A stretch of 64,000 nucleotides of DNA from Candidatus Bathyarchaeota archaeon (GCA_963734505.1 CAVTHH010000011.1:8196-72195), one strand, 5' to 3'. Numbered from the stretch's first letter, positions 31,342 through 41,422 are shown. The notes: generated from the letters alone by a model not told the origin. Numbers and translations are program-made.

Positions 31342-32691
31342 ATGAGTGATCCAAATAGGCGTTGGCCCCCTCCAGTCGGTCCAGCAACGCAGGGAGCAAG
31401 AGCTCCGATGGGTGCGCGTGGACCAATCGTGAATATCGTCAAGCGGGATGGGCGTGTTGAACCGTTCAACCGGGACAAAATGATTGAAAGCATACGCAAT
31501 TCGGGAGCAACTCAGCCGCAGGCTAATATAGTCGTAGATCGAGTCACTGCTCGTCTGGCGCCCCGAACAAGCGTCCCGTCACAGGAAGTGTCCACTATGG
31601 TTGCACGTTCCTTATCACATGTGAATCCAACAGCTTCGCAGAATTACGCGGACACGCGAGATCAGAAATTGGCTTACAATCAACAGGTAAACCGTTTGTC
31701 TGCTGAGATTTCAAGCATCAATCAACAGGTTAGCAATATATTAGCCAGGATTGAAGGCCTTGATGGTAGAATCAAAAGTTTACCAGGGCGCATTGCCCGT
31801 ATTCGACAAAGTAACTATCGTGTGTTAACACATTTGGAGACTGATCAAACAGCTCTCTCTGAAGATTGGGCAAAGCTCGGTCAGGAGCTACGATCGACTG
31901 CAAGTCTCAAAGGTGAAATGGCACGCACGCAAGTCCGGGATTTGCAGCAGGCTCTATCAATAAAAGTGGGAAGGGGCGACTACAATATCGACAATCTACA
32001 GGAGATCGAGTCGGGGATTCCCGAATTGCGTACGAGCCTATCTGATATGCACAGCTCTGTAGTTTCTGCATTGTCGCCTCTCGAGGAGAAGTTTGCGAAC
32101 ATAGATCAAGACGTTTCGCGAGCTGAAAGCACTCTATCTCTCCTTGAAGCTGCATCATTTCCTTGGGAAGAGGATGAAACACCCATTCTGGCTATTCAAG
32201 CTAAAGACCTTAACAGTGACCAAGAAGGCGTCATCACTCTCACTAATCTCAAGTTCGTTTTCGAGCAAGAGAAAGAGATTGTGTTGAAGAAAACTTTGTT
32301 TGTGGTAACTGAGAAAAAGGTCGTGAGAGAAGTTGTGGTTCAGAAACCAATTGGAATGGTCACAAGCATAGCAGAGGGAAGAGTGGGTTTCTTCAAAGGG
32401 TCTGGGCTGTTCGTTAAATTTGCATCAGAAAGCGGAATTCCTGAGAAGAAATTCGACACGTCCGGTGAGGACGCAGACTGGGCGACCAAAACCTACAATT
32501 ACATACTTTCGGGTCAAGCAGACAAAGAACTGGCAGCCTCAGCTCCGACCGAAGCAGAAAGCAAAAAACAACAGCAAGGACCACAACTTGTTACCTGTCC
32601 AGTCTGCGGTGCTCCTTATACAGAAAAGATCTACCGAGGGCAAACTTCCGTCAACTGCAAATATTGCGGAGCTGTAATCGCAATTCAGTAG
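31342..32691 (+). CDS. ATP-cone + coiled-coil + PH-like + Zn-ribbon protein
   Basis: IVKRDGRVEPFNRDKMIESI (ATP cone), long heptad region, GVITLTNLKFVFEQ, CPVCGAP...CKYCG. Confidence 0.85.
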   Translation: MSDPNRRWPPPVGPATQGARAPMGARGPIVNIVKRDGRVEPFNRDKMIESIRNSGATQPQANIVVDRVTARLAPRTSVPSQEVSTMVARSLSHVNPTASQNYADTRDQKLAYNQQVNRLSAEISSINQQVSNILARIEGLDGRIKSLPGRIARIRQSNYRVLTHLETDQTALSEDWAKLGQELRSTASLKGEMARTQVRDLQQALSIKVGRGDYNIDNLQEIESGIPELRTSLSDMHSSVVSALSPLEEKFANIDQDVSRAESTLSLLEAASFPWEEDETPILAIQAKDLNSDQEGVITLTNLKFVFEQEKEIVLKKTLFVVTEKKVVREVVVQKPIGMVTSIAEGRVGFFKGSGLFVKFASESGIPEKKFDTSGEDADWATKTYNYILSGQADKELAASAPTEAESKKQQQGPQLVTCPVCGAPYTEKIYRGQTSVNCKYCGAVIAIQ

Positions 32692-32835
32692 CGGCATTGG
32701 CCACCTCTTCTTCCCCATCCTACAGGTCGTCTGCTTAAACCGCAATGCATTTTGCTAGATTATAGAATCACAATCCGTAAGCAAAATGCGACATATTTTT
32801 TAAGCAAGACCGCTGTATAGCTGAAGTGATGAAAA

Positions 32836-33483
32836 ATGTCATTCATAGATAAGGCGAAGAAAAAACTTGGGGATTTCGCGGATTCAGCTAAAGATGCAGT
32901 CACAGGCAAAGATGATAAGGCTGAAGGTGCAAGCGAGAAGGCAGTAAATTCAAGCAGTCAAAGCACGATTGACCAAGTAAAAGGAAAGCAGGGAATCATC
33001 TCTAAAATCCAGGACTTTTTCACCTTAGGGTACTCAACTAAAGAAGACCTCAGGGAGCTTGACAAAAAGCTCAGAGATAGCTACTACTCTGATTTCAAAG
33101 CTATGCGTCACCGATGGGAAGAGATATCTCTTGAAGCCCTAAAAGCAAGACAACGCAACAAAGACGAGTACAAAAAGGTCATTCAAGTCATAGACCGAGT
33201 TGGTGAGAAGATTAACAGGGCCGACTACGGCTATGCTGGGCTCATGGACCGGAAAGGACACATCAGAGAGGATGAGCTTGCAAAGGTATTCAACTACGAC
33301 AAGGCCTTGGGGAATCAAGTTGATGACTTGCAGCAGGCTGTTGAAGACATTTACGGCTTGGTTGAAGCCGAAAACTGGACCGAAGCTCCGCCGAAAGTTC
33401 GTACGTTGAAGCTCATGCTGTTGGATGTCGAAGAGAAGTGGGATGGAAGAGAAAAAGAATTTAGACCTTTGGAGGTTTCATAA
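32836..33483 (+). CDS. conserved helical hypothetical protein (SPFH-associated)
   Basis: GYSTKEDLRELDKKLR...RADYGYAGL.D...I.EDEL..V..YD; 2 nt before the SPFH gene. Confidence 0.8.
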   Translation: MSFIDKAKKKLGDFADSAKDAVTGKDDKAEGASEKAVNSSSQSTIDQVKGKQGIISKIQDFFTLGYSTKEDLRELDKKLRDSYYSDFKAMRHRWEEISLEALKARQRNKDEYKKVIQVIDRVGEKINRADYGYAGLMDRKGHIREDELAKVFNYDKALGNQVDDLQQAVEDIYGLVEAENWTEAPPKVRTLKLMLLDVEEKWDGREKEFRPLEVS

Positions 33484-33485
33484 AC

Positions 33486-34556
33486 ATGCCGTTGATCGAT
33501 AAAGTTTCTTGGGATAACGCCGGGGCGGAAGACATTGCTAAAAGATTTCCCATGACGAGTCTGAAGTACGGAAGCCAAGTCATTGTTAAAGAAAACCAGT
33601 GGGGAGTGTTCTTCAGGGACGGAAAAGCATATGACGTTTTCGGCCCCGGTAGACACACGATCACAAGCAACAATGTTCCATTGCTGACGGAAGCACTTCA
33701 GAAGATTGGACTGATAGGAGACATATTTGATTGCGAAGTGATTTTTGTCAGCAACAGCCAATTCAGAGCCAACTTCGGAGGAAGCGCTTACTCTGCTCCA
33801 AGCGGAGACATAAAATACCAAGCTGAAATCGGATTCTTTGGATACACTCTGTACAAGGTGGAAGAACCGAAACTATTCGTCACGGAGTTCTTCGGCAATA
33901 GGGACGTGAGTAATTCAAGCGAGATTGCAAACTACATAAGAGGCTTCATCGTTGAACGCGTAATAGACGAATTCGGAGAACATGAGATCTCTGAACTAGT
34001 GAAGAACGTTGATGAAACAACCGATATAGTGTCCTTGAAGATCACCGACGAAGCAGCTCGCATAGGACTGAAAATCATAGACTCCGTCTTCGAAGGGGTC
34101 AAGATTCCCGAGGAAGCAAGGCGTTTTGCTTCTGGCATGGGTTCTCAGGCCATGACAATGCAGTATATGAAGGAGACAGCAACCGAACTCAAAGATTCGC
34201 AAGGAGGAGGAGCAGCAGCAGCAGGTTTAGGGGCAGGAATCGGTTTGACAATGCCGTATATGATGGCTCAGCAGATGCAGCAAGGACAACAGCAACCGCA
34301 GCAAGTAATCGTATGTCAAACCTGCGGAGCTAGGAACCCGGTTAATACGAAGTTCTGCGGAAACTGCGGCGCTAGTTTAGCCCCAGTAGCTAAGATAATC
34401 TGTCAAAACTGCAAAACAGAGAACCCCGCAACAATGAAGTTCTGCGGAAACTGCGGAAAACCACTAGCAGCTCCAGCTGAGATCACTTGCCCTAAATGCG
34501 GAACCAAGAACCCACCGGGAACCAAATTCTGTGGCAACTGTGGAGAAAAACTCTAA
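33486..34556 (+). CDS. SPFH (YdjI-like) protein with three C-terminal Zn-ribbon repeats
   Basis: SQVIVKENQ.GVFFRDGKA.DVFGPGRHT; AGLGAGIG; three CxxC...KFCGNCG repeats. Confidence 0.9.
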   Translation: MPLIDKVSWDNAGAEDIAKRFPMTSLKYGSQVIVKENQWGVFFRDGKAYDVFGPGRHTITSNNVPLLTEALQKIGLIGDIFDCEVIFVSNSQFRANFGGSAYSAPSGDIKYQAEIGFFGYTLYKVEEPKLFVTEFFGNRDVSNSSEIANYIRGFIVERVIDEFGEHEISELVKNVDETTDIVSLKITDEAARIGLKIIDSVFEGVKIPEEARRFASGMGSQAMTMQYMKETATELKDSQGGGAAAAGLGAGIGLTMPYMMAQQMQQGQQQPQQVIVCQTCGARNPVNTKFCGNCGASLAPVAKIICQNCKTENPATMKFCGNCGKPLAAPAEITCPKCGTKNPPGTKFCGNCGEKL

Positions 34557-34691
34557 AATTTCTCCTTTTTTTCCACATCAAACCAGAAAAGTCCTATGTG
34601 CTGACCAGCTTTAGTTGGGGTTTAAACCCTAAATGTCCACTTTCTAAGTAACCAGCCTTCCCACAGAATTTGATGAAGTCTAGGCAGCGGG

Positions 34692-35144
34692 TCATGTCTC
34701 TACTTTTGTTTTCTTAGGTCTTCTCTTCAGAGGCAGAAGCTTCTTCAAATCCTCCGCATCTTTTGTCTCAAACATCCTAATCCATAGCCAACGACCGTCG
34801 TGAAGCTGTTTAGAGTTTTCTATCAACTTGTACATTTTGGGACTCAGATACTTCTGCATTGAGAGAGCTTTCGCCGATTCTTCTTTGCCAAGAACCATCA
34901 ATATTCTTACGCCACCTTTTTCAGGGGTAAGCGTCACAAGCGTTCTACCACTCTTTCGGTACCGAACGTCCCACCCCTGCTTCTTATCAAAAAGCATCTC
35001 AGGAATTATGTCATAGTTATCCTCAAGGAACTTTCTTACCTCTTTCCAAGCCTCAACTGCACCCGGCGCTTCTATGAAAGCCAAAATCTCTCTTTCGTTG
35101 GGAACATGAGTCCCATCCATCATCCTTTGACGTTCAGCAACCAT
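34692..35144 (-). CDS. DUF3788 family protein
   Basis: GW.VRYRKSGRTL.TL.P...HDGRWLWI. Confidence 0.8.
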   Translation of the reverse strand: MVAERQRMMDGTHVPNEREILAFIEAPGAVEAWKEVRKFLEDNYDIIPEMLFDKKQGWDVRYRKSGRTLVTLTPEKGGVRILMVLGKEESAKALSMQKYLSPKMYKLIENSKQLHDGRWLWIRMFETKDAEDLKKLLPLKRRPKKTKVET

Positions 35145-35434
35145 ATACTGACTCCCTCCTTCATTTGTTATATCATCACATTATAGCTTTTTCTAACCCA
35201 CTCAATACGAGGTAGGGATTTAGAACAGCGGATATTCCATGATCATCATCATGTGGGCCACGTGCGCTTGCTGCCCATCCTAATGGTCATTGAGTCTCTC
35301 ACGCGAAAGATTTACCCAAAGAGACGCCAAGCAACAAGCCATCTTCTCTTATGACATCAATGAAATGGCGTTGTCTGGATCTTCTAGTGTAAACGTTTTA
35401 AGCAGTTCTCATCAGAATAGTTCAACGATCGATT

Positions 35435-35998
35435 ATGAAAGGCGTAAGATTTCATGGTCGAGGAGGAGAAGGCGTAGTAATCGCGGCAGAGCTTCTGGTC
35501 GACGCCGCCTTCAAGGAAGGCAAATGGGTTCAGGCTTTTCCATTTTTCGGTGGAGAGCGCCGAGGCGCACCCGTAACAGCTTTTGTCCGAATCGCTGACA
35601 GACCGATTCGACTTAGAGGACCCCTTTACGAGCCAAACTATGTCGTTGTTCTAAGCCCCTTCCTAAGCGAAGGAGTAAACGTAACGGAAGGATTGAAAAA
35701 AGGCGGCTTACTCCTCGTTAACAGTCCAGGCAGGCGCAAACGGCTTGAATATGAAGGCTACAGAGTGGTCAAGGTTGACGCCACCAAGATCGCGGTCAAA
35801 CTCGGCCTCGTCGTTGCAGGATCTGCCGTTGTTAACACTGTGATGTTAGGAGCTTTTGCCAGAGCAACCAAAATTGTCAACCTCGACTCGTTGAAGGAAG
35901 CTATCCAGAAAAGATGGCCCGGACAGCTCGGAGAGAGAAACGCCGAAGCAGCTATTTTAGGCTATATGCTTCTAAGGGGGATCGACAAAGCTGGTTAA
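35435..35998 (+). CDS. porG: pyruvate/2-ketoisovalerate:ferredoxin oxidoreductase gamma subunit
   Basis: RFHGRGGEG, FPFFGGERRGAPV, NTVMLGA. Confidence 0.9.
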   Translation: MKGVRFHGRGGEGVVIAAELLVDAAFKEGKWVQAFPFFGGERRGAPVTAFVRIADRPIRLRGPLYEPNYVVVLSPFLSEGVNVTEGLKKGGLLLVNSPGRRKRLEYEGYRVVKVDATKIAVKLGLVVAGSAVVNTVMLGAFARATKIVNLDSLKEAIQKRWPGQLGERNAEAAILGYMLLRGIDKAG

Positions 35999-36314
35999 AA
36001 AACGAGTTCGCCGAGCACAACAAATTCTGCCTAGAACGCCCATTTCAACTCCAACTGAGGAAGGGGCTGGCGACATCAGTACATGGCAAATATACCAACC
36101 CATCCTAGGCAAAGAAAAATGCACGAAATGCGGTCTCTGTTGGCTCTATTGCCCAGAAGGTGCTGTCAAGCTAAATTCAGATTATTCACCTGAGATCGAC
36201 ATTTCACATTGCAAAGGTTGTGGAATCTGCGCCAAAGAATGCCCCATGAAAACAATAGTGATGAAGTTTAAAGGTGAAACCAAAGATGCCACAAAACATA
36301 GTCGCAAATGGTAA
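35991..36314 (+). CDS. porD: 2-oxoacid:ferredoxin oxidoreductase delta subunit (2x4Fe-4S), probable CTG start, absent from ORF track
   Basis: manual translation ...TWQIYQP....KCTKCGLCWLYCPEG...HCKGCGICAKECP; in-frame TAA at 35973 and no ATG/GTG/TTG before the clusters. Confidence 0.85.
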   Translation: MVKKRVRRAQQILPRTPISTPTEEGAGDISTWQIYQPILGKEKCTKCGLCWLYCPEGAVKLNSDYSPEIDISHCKGCGICAKECPMKTIVMKFKGETKDATKHSRKW

Positions 36315-37479
36315 CTATGCCGCCGCTTATGCGGTTAAGGTAGCTAAAGTAAAAGTGGTTGCAGCATATCCTATCACGCCCCAAACCGCCGTCGTAGAGA
36401 AGATCGCTGAGTTCTTAGCTAAAGGCGAGATGAATGCAGAATATATCAAAGTAGAATCCGAGCACAGCGCCATGTCAGCTTGCATCGGAGCTTCAGCGGC
36501 AGGAGTCAGAACCTTCACTGCCACATCATCCCAAGGACTATTGTATATGCATGAGATGCTGCATTGGGCATCTGGAAGTAGACTGCCTATAGTAATGGCC
36601 GAAGTGAACCGTGCGATAGCTCCGCCTTGGTCAATTTGGACAGACCATAATGACTCAATTTCACAAAGAGATACGGGATGGATCCAATTCTACTGCGAAA
36701 ACAACCAAGACATCTTTGACACTCTGATACAGGCGTACAAGATCGCCGAAGACACGAGAGTCCTTCTCCCGGCAATGGTATGCTATGACGGTTTCGAACT
36801 CTCCCACACGGCCATGCCACTGGAACTCCCTGATCAAAGAGAAGTTGACGGTTTTCTGAAACCTTACGATGTGGAGCATGCCTTGATAGATCTGGAAGAA
36901 CCCACAACCCACGGCAACCTAGTAAGTCCGGAATTGTACATGGAGTTTCGACACTTAATTCAGAAAGCGATGGAAAATGCTAAGCATGTAATCGACGAAA
37001 CGGCTTCACAATTTTCAAGACACTTCGGTCGAGACTACGAATCTCAAATTCAATGCTACAAATGCAGAGACATAGATGTTGCAATAGTCTCAATGGGATC
37101 CACAGCCAGCGAAGCAAAAGAAGCAGTTGATAGGTTGAGGAAAGAGAAAATGCCTGTTGGCGCTGTCAAATTAAGAGTCTTCAGACCCTTTCCGACCGAG
37201 CTCTTCCAAGAACTGGGAAAAAGAGTGAAAGCTTTCGTAGTCATAGACCGCGACATTTCCTTCGGAATGGAAGGTGCGCTCTTCACAGAGCTAAAAAGCG
37301 CTATCTACCATTTGGAAGAAAAGCCCATTGTCTTAGGTTTCATTGCCGGTCTCGGCGGCCGAGACATAAGGATCAGAGATCTCACCAAAGCAGCTAGAAA
37401 AGCCTTAGATGCACTCAAGAAAGGTGTAAAATATCCAAAGGAAGAATGGGTCGCTACAAAGGAGGTTGTTGAAGAATGA
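36286..37479 (+). CDS. porA: 2-oxoacid:ferredoxin oxidoreductase alpha subunit
   Basis: AAYPITPQT, ESEHSAMS, TATSSQGL, RPFP, GLGGRD. Confidence 0.92.
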   Translation: MPQNIVANGNYAAAYAVKVAKVKVVAAYPITPQTAVVEKIAEFLAKGEMNAEYIKVESEHSAMSACIGASAAGVRTFTATSSQGLLYMHEMLHWASGSRLPIVMAEVNRAIAPPWSIWTDHNDSISQRDTGWIQFYCENNQDIFDTLIQAYKIAEDTRVLLPAMVCYDGFELSHTAMPLELPDQREVDGFLKPYDVEHALIDLEEPTTHGNLVSPELYMEFRHLIQKAMENAKHVIDETASQFSRHFGRDYESQIQCYKCRDIDVAIVSMGSTASEAKEAVDRLRKEKMPVGAVKLRVFRPFPTELFQELGKRVKAFVVIDRDISFGMEGALFTELKSAIYHLEEKPIVLGFIAGLGGRDIRIRDLTKAARKALDALKKGVKYPKEEWVATKEVVEE

Positions 37480-38369
37480 GCTGGATAAAAGAACTACCTA
37501 AAGAAGAGTATATGCTGGGAACCACGTCTTGCGTAGGCTGCGGATCAGCTCTAAGCCTCAGGTTAGCCCTTAGAATTCTAGGCAATAGAACAATTTTAGT
37601 CATTCCCGCCAATTGTTCGGCAATCATCCAAGGAGCATACCCTAAAACTACATTCAGAATTCCAGTTTTGAACGTTGCTTTCGCTTCGGCTGCAGCTGTT
37701 GCCTCAGGAGTCCTCGCTGCCCTCAAGGTTCGAGGCATAGAAGAAGTCAACGTTGTAGTGTGGGCAGGAGATGGAGGAACAGCTGACATAGGACTTTCCA
37801 CACTCTCGGGGGCTGCTCATCGTCAAGAAAACATATTGTACATCTGCTATGACAATGAGGGTTACATGAATACAGGCGTTCAAGAAAGCGGTGCAACTCC
37901 CTTTGGAGCAGTGACTGCAAACTCGCCACGCGGCAAAAGGCTCATCAAGAAAGACATGCCCCTGATCATGATGCAACACAACATTCCTTACGTAGCAACC
38001 GCCAACATTTCGTATGCCCAAGATTTTGTCCAAAAACTCAGAAAGGCCATGACCCTTAAAGGCTTCAAGTACATCCATCTCCTTACGCCTTGTCCTCCTG
38101 GATGGAGAACACCAGCAGACGAAACAATACACATAGGAAAACTCGCCGTTGAAACCGGATCGTGGGCCCTATTCGAAATAGAAAAAGGAAAATTCAGCCT
38201 CACAGGTCCAAGCCTCAACCTTCTCAACCAAGAGAGACGAAAGCCAATAGAAGAATACCTTCGGGTTCAAGAAAGATACAAGCAAATGACAGATGAAGAC
38301 GTGAAAATCTTTAAAGAGTGGATAGACAACTCGTGGAAAAAGTATTCTGAACTGCAAAAACAACAGTGA
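37476..38369 (+). CDS. porB: 2-oxoacid:ferredoxin oxidoreductase beta (TPP-binding) subunit
   Basis: CVGCG, GDGGTADIG, YDNEGYMNTG.Q, PCPPGW. Confidence 0.92.
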   Translation: MSWIKELPKEEYMLGTTSCVGCGSALSLRLALRILGNRTILVIPANCSAIIQGAYPKTTFRIPVLNVAFASAAAVASGVLAALKVRGIEEVNVVVWAGDGGTADIGLSTLSGAAHRQENILYICYDNEGYMNTGVQESGATPFGAVTANSPRGKRLIKKDMPLIMMQHNIPYVATANISYAQDFVQKLRKAMTLKGFKYIHLLTPCPPGWRTPADETIHIGKLAVETGSWALFEIEKGKFSLTGPSLNLLNQERRKPIEEYLRVQERYKQMTDEDVKIFKEWIDNSWKKYSELQKQQ

Positions 38370-38393
38370 AAATTCACGACTAGTAAATTGAAA

Positions 38394-39005
38394 TTAGTTC
38401 AACCCAGCCAAATTGACGGATTGCTTTCGTTTCAATTTGTCTAAAGTCTCAGCGGCAAATGTGTCTATCTTGCGCCAAACAACAAAAACATCCAATATTT
38501 CCAAAAGTATTATCACAACTAGAACAATTGAAAGCGCTCTTGTTAGGTTAATCATGAACAGTGTATATTGAATATGCGGATACCCAAAAGCTACAGCAAG
38601 CCACGTCCAATATCCAGATGCCCCACCCACAATTAAAGAGGCGATATCTGAAGCAATCCACCAGAATACAATGGCCACGACGCCAGCGATAACGTTGCCC
38701 CACAAAGTCAGGTTTGACCAACCTGATGAAACTGACGAGCAACCGACTATTCGTGTTCCTGATTCACGTGGAAATAACTGATAACTGACTACTTTCTTGG
38801 CACTTTTTGGAGAAACGCCAAACAAAGAACCGTGCTCAATCGAAATTTGCTGTGGCGGCTCTTCTGAAACAATCCTGCAACCTTTCTCAAGCAAAATAGC
38901 TCTCATTTCTGAGTAAGCTTTTTCGATTTCCAAGCCAACAGACCGCTCAAGCAATATAAGACTACCCAGACACAGTACGCTGCCATAGTTAATGGGGTTT
39001 TTCAT
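38394..39005 (-). CDS. hypothetical membrane protein
   Basis: soluble N-domain plus 2-3 TM; true start probably ~38955. Confidence 0.65.
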   Translation of the reverse strand: MKNPINYGSVLCLGSLILLERSVGLEIEKAYSEMRAILLEKGCRIVSEEPPQQISIEHGSLFGVSPKSAKKVVSYQLFPRESGTRIVGCSSVSSGWSNLTLWGNVIAGVVAIVFWWIASDIASLIVGGASGYWTWLAVAFGYPHIQYTLFMINLTRALSIVLVVIILLEILDVFVVWRKIDTFAAETLDKLKRKQSVNLAGLN

Positions 39006-39189
39006 CAGTTTCGAAAAATATTGTGCAAAGCATTATCGTTCATTGATAGCAGAATAGTTTTGGCTCATAACAACTCAGAATGAGACATGCGTTGATTTTG
39101 GTTCAACCACGTGCATGTTCATGAGACTTCTGGCGCAGTTGCCATCGTTTGCATTGGGGTTAAATACTTTGAAAATGCCTTAAGAGTAT

Positions 39190-39654
39190 TTGGTGATAAC
39201 TTTGTTAAAAGCCGCAGTTGTATATTATAGCATGTTTGGTAATACCGAGAAGCTTGCGAAGGCCTTGGGAGCTGGTCTACAAAGTGGGGGAGTTGATGTT
39301 GAGGTTGTGAATGTTGACGCTGTCAGGTTTGAGGAGTTGGCAAAAATCGATTTGCTGTGCGTGGGCAGCCCTGTGCATGGTTGGAACGCGTCGAAGCCTG
39401 TGAAGGAATTTTTTGAGCACTTGAAGAGTGTGCAGGGCTTGAGGGGCAAGAAAGCGTTCGCGTTTGACACTAAGATGAAGAGTAGGTTGGCCGGCGGCGC
39501 TGGTGGAAAGATTGAAAGCAAACTGAAAGACTTAGGCTTCACCATCGTAAGACATAGTGAGTCAGCTATTGTAGAGGGCAGAGAAGGACCGCTCGAAGAA
39601 GGTGCAGAAGAAACATTCAAATATACAGGCTCAGAACTTGTCAAAATGATTTAG
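39190..39654 (+). CDS. flavodoxin-like protein
   Basis: YYSMFGNTEKLA, VGSPVH, AFAFDTK, V.GREGPL. Confidence 0.88.
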   Translation: MVITLLKAAVVYYSMFGNTEKLAKALGAGLQSGGVDVEVVNVDAVRFEELAKIDLLCVGSPVHGWNASKPVKEFFEHLKSVQGLRGKKAFAFDTKMKSRLAGGAGGKIESKLKDLGFTIVRHSESAIVEGREGPLEEGAEETFKYTGSELVKMI

Positions 39655-39700
39655 CCTCGGCGCGCGCGGACCTTATGAAAATCGATGAAGGAGGCAATTT

Positions 39701-40105
39701 ATGGCAGCTAAAAGAACAATCATGGCAATAGTCGCAATTGTTGTTTTTATCGTTACCGCCTTCGCAGTGTACGCGGGGATTACCTACCCTCGAACAGTGA
39801 TATCCATTCCAGTGTCCCTTGCCTTAGGAGCCGATTCGAAGACAACAGCGCTTGATCAATCATTCTTGAGCGACAAGGTTCAAGTACAGGTTGCCATTGA
39901 AAACGGCGCAGCCCTATGGCGAGCTCGAATTCTAAAGGGAGATGATGTTTTATGGGAACATTCAGCAGCGCAAGGCGAACAACAGATTTACGACAGCGGC
40001 TGGATACAACTGCCCAGCGGGAACTACAACTTCACTTTTGGGACAATTGGAATCGGATCGCTGGAAGCGCAAGTAACGGTAGCGTCAAAAGGCGGTTTCT
40101 GGTGA
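39701..40105 (+). CDS. membrane-anchored/secreted beta-sandwich hypothetical protein
   Basis: N-terminal TM, L.SGNYNFTF. Confidence 0.7.
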   Translation: MAAKRTIMAIVAIVVFIVTAFAVYAGITYPRTVISIPVSLALGADSKTTALDQSFLSDKVQVQVAIENGAALWRARILKGDDVLWEHSAAQGEQQIYDSGWIQLPSGNYNFTFGTIGIGSLEAQVTVASKGGFW

Positions 40106-40196
40106 AAAACATCGATCATCTTTTCTCCCGTGCGCGCTAAAACAGGATAGACCTTCTACATGGAAGTAACCAATAATAATCTCGTGTGATTTCGCT

Positions 40197-40619
40197 TTGC
40201 TTTACGTCCAATCAACTGTTAGCCTAGGCATTCAAGTAGCCGTATTGTGTCTACTCATAACTGCTATCTTCCTGAAAAAACGGAATTTGTACAGGCAGCA
40301 TGGAGTCGTCATGTTATTTGCCGTAGTTCTTCATTCGATAGTCATATTGATTGTCATGGTTCCTTCTCTCGCGGCATTCTTCAGTGCGCCAAGTCTTGTA
40401 GATTTCACGAATGGACTAACGATAATGTCATTAGTCCACGCTTTCTCAGGACTTGCAGCTGCACTGTTAGGCAGTTGGATTGTGGGTTCATGGCATTTGC
40501 AAACGAGTTTAAAGCCTTGCTTTAGGAAGAAACGATTCATGGATCTTACTATTATCTTGTGGTCGCTGGCGTTTAGCTTGGGGGTTGTCCTTTATCTGGC
40601 CATCATCCAAGCGATCTAA
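40197..40619 (+). CDS. 4-TM DUF420-like membrane protein
   Basis: four TMs with His residues (RQHG..M, VLH, VHA.SG). Confidence 0.65.
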   Translation: MLYVQSTVSLGIQVAVLCLLITAIFLKKRNLYRQHGVVMLFAVVLHSIVILIVMVPSLAAFFSAPSLVDFTNGLTIMSLVHAFSGLAAALLGSWIVGSWHLQTSLKPCFRKKRFMDLTIILWSLAFSLGVVLYLAIIQAI

Positions 40620-40742
40620 ACCCAAAACACAACCTCTATTTCGGGTCTTCTTTTGTCTCAAAAGCGAGCAGCTGAAGGTGTAAAACTGAAAACCTGCTCA
40701 GAAGAGATATAAGGCTGACGCCGCCCCGTTTTACATGGTAGA

Positions 40743-41422
40743 ATGGAAAAGCCAAAACGTTCTAAGGATATACTCATCGCAGCAGTCGGTCTTTTGCTTC
40801 TTGTGCTTGTCGTTACCATAATTTTCTGGGAATCTCCGCCCATAACATTGTATCCTCAGGAAATACGTGAATATCAAGGCCAGAACCTCTCGTCGATTGG
40901 CGACTTCAGAGAGAACTCGATCCAAGGCCCTCAACATGTAAACGCCTCGACCTACCGGCTCAAGATAATGGGACTAGTAAACACAACTGTGGAATACACT
41001 TACGACGAAATCGTCAATAGCCTCCAAAAATACCAGAAAGTAGTCACGGTCCACTGCGTCGAAGGCTGGTCCGCCAAGATCCTCTGGGAAGGTTTCCTTT
41101 TGAAAGATCTTCTACAGGAAGCAGGCATAAGACCCGAAACCAAAGCAGTCATCTTCCGCGCCATATGATGGGTACTCAACCTCTCTTCAGCTGGACTATC
41201 TCTTGAGCGAACGATATATTGTTAGCGTACAAAATGAACGGGCTTGTTCTTCCGCCCGAGCGAGGATTCCCCTTTCAACTCGTTGCAGAAAGTAGGTATG
41301 GATACAAATGGATAAAATGGATAACCGAGATTGAACTCACTAACAACAAAGACTACTTAGGCTATTGGGAAAGCAGAGGCTATCCCAACGACCCAATCGT
41401 TCCTGATTATTCCACCCCATGA
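40743..41422 (+). CDS. membrane-anchored molybdopterin-dependent oxidoreductase (sulfite oxidase/MsrP-like); two apparent indels ~41163, ~41209
   Basis: HCVEGWS...WEG, DGYSTSL, LAYKMNG..LPPERGFP..LVAE..YGYKWIKW, GYWESRGY. Confidence 0.85.

Noticed and set aside
34310-34550. Three near-repeats of AAGTTCTGCGGAAACTGCGG
   Set aside because: These are coding Zn-ribbon repeats (KFCGNCG), not a CRISPR or DNA element.
35220-35375. Possible oxidoreductase C-terminal remnant (RHFIDVIREDG) on the minus strand
   Set aside because: Too short and interrupted by stops to support a call.
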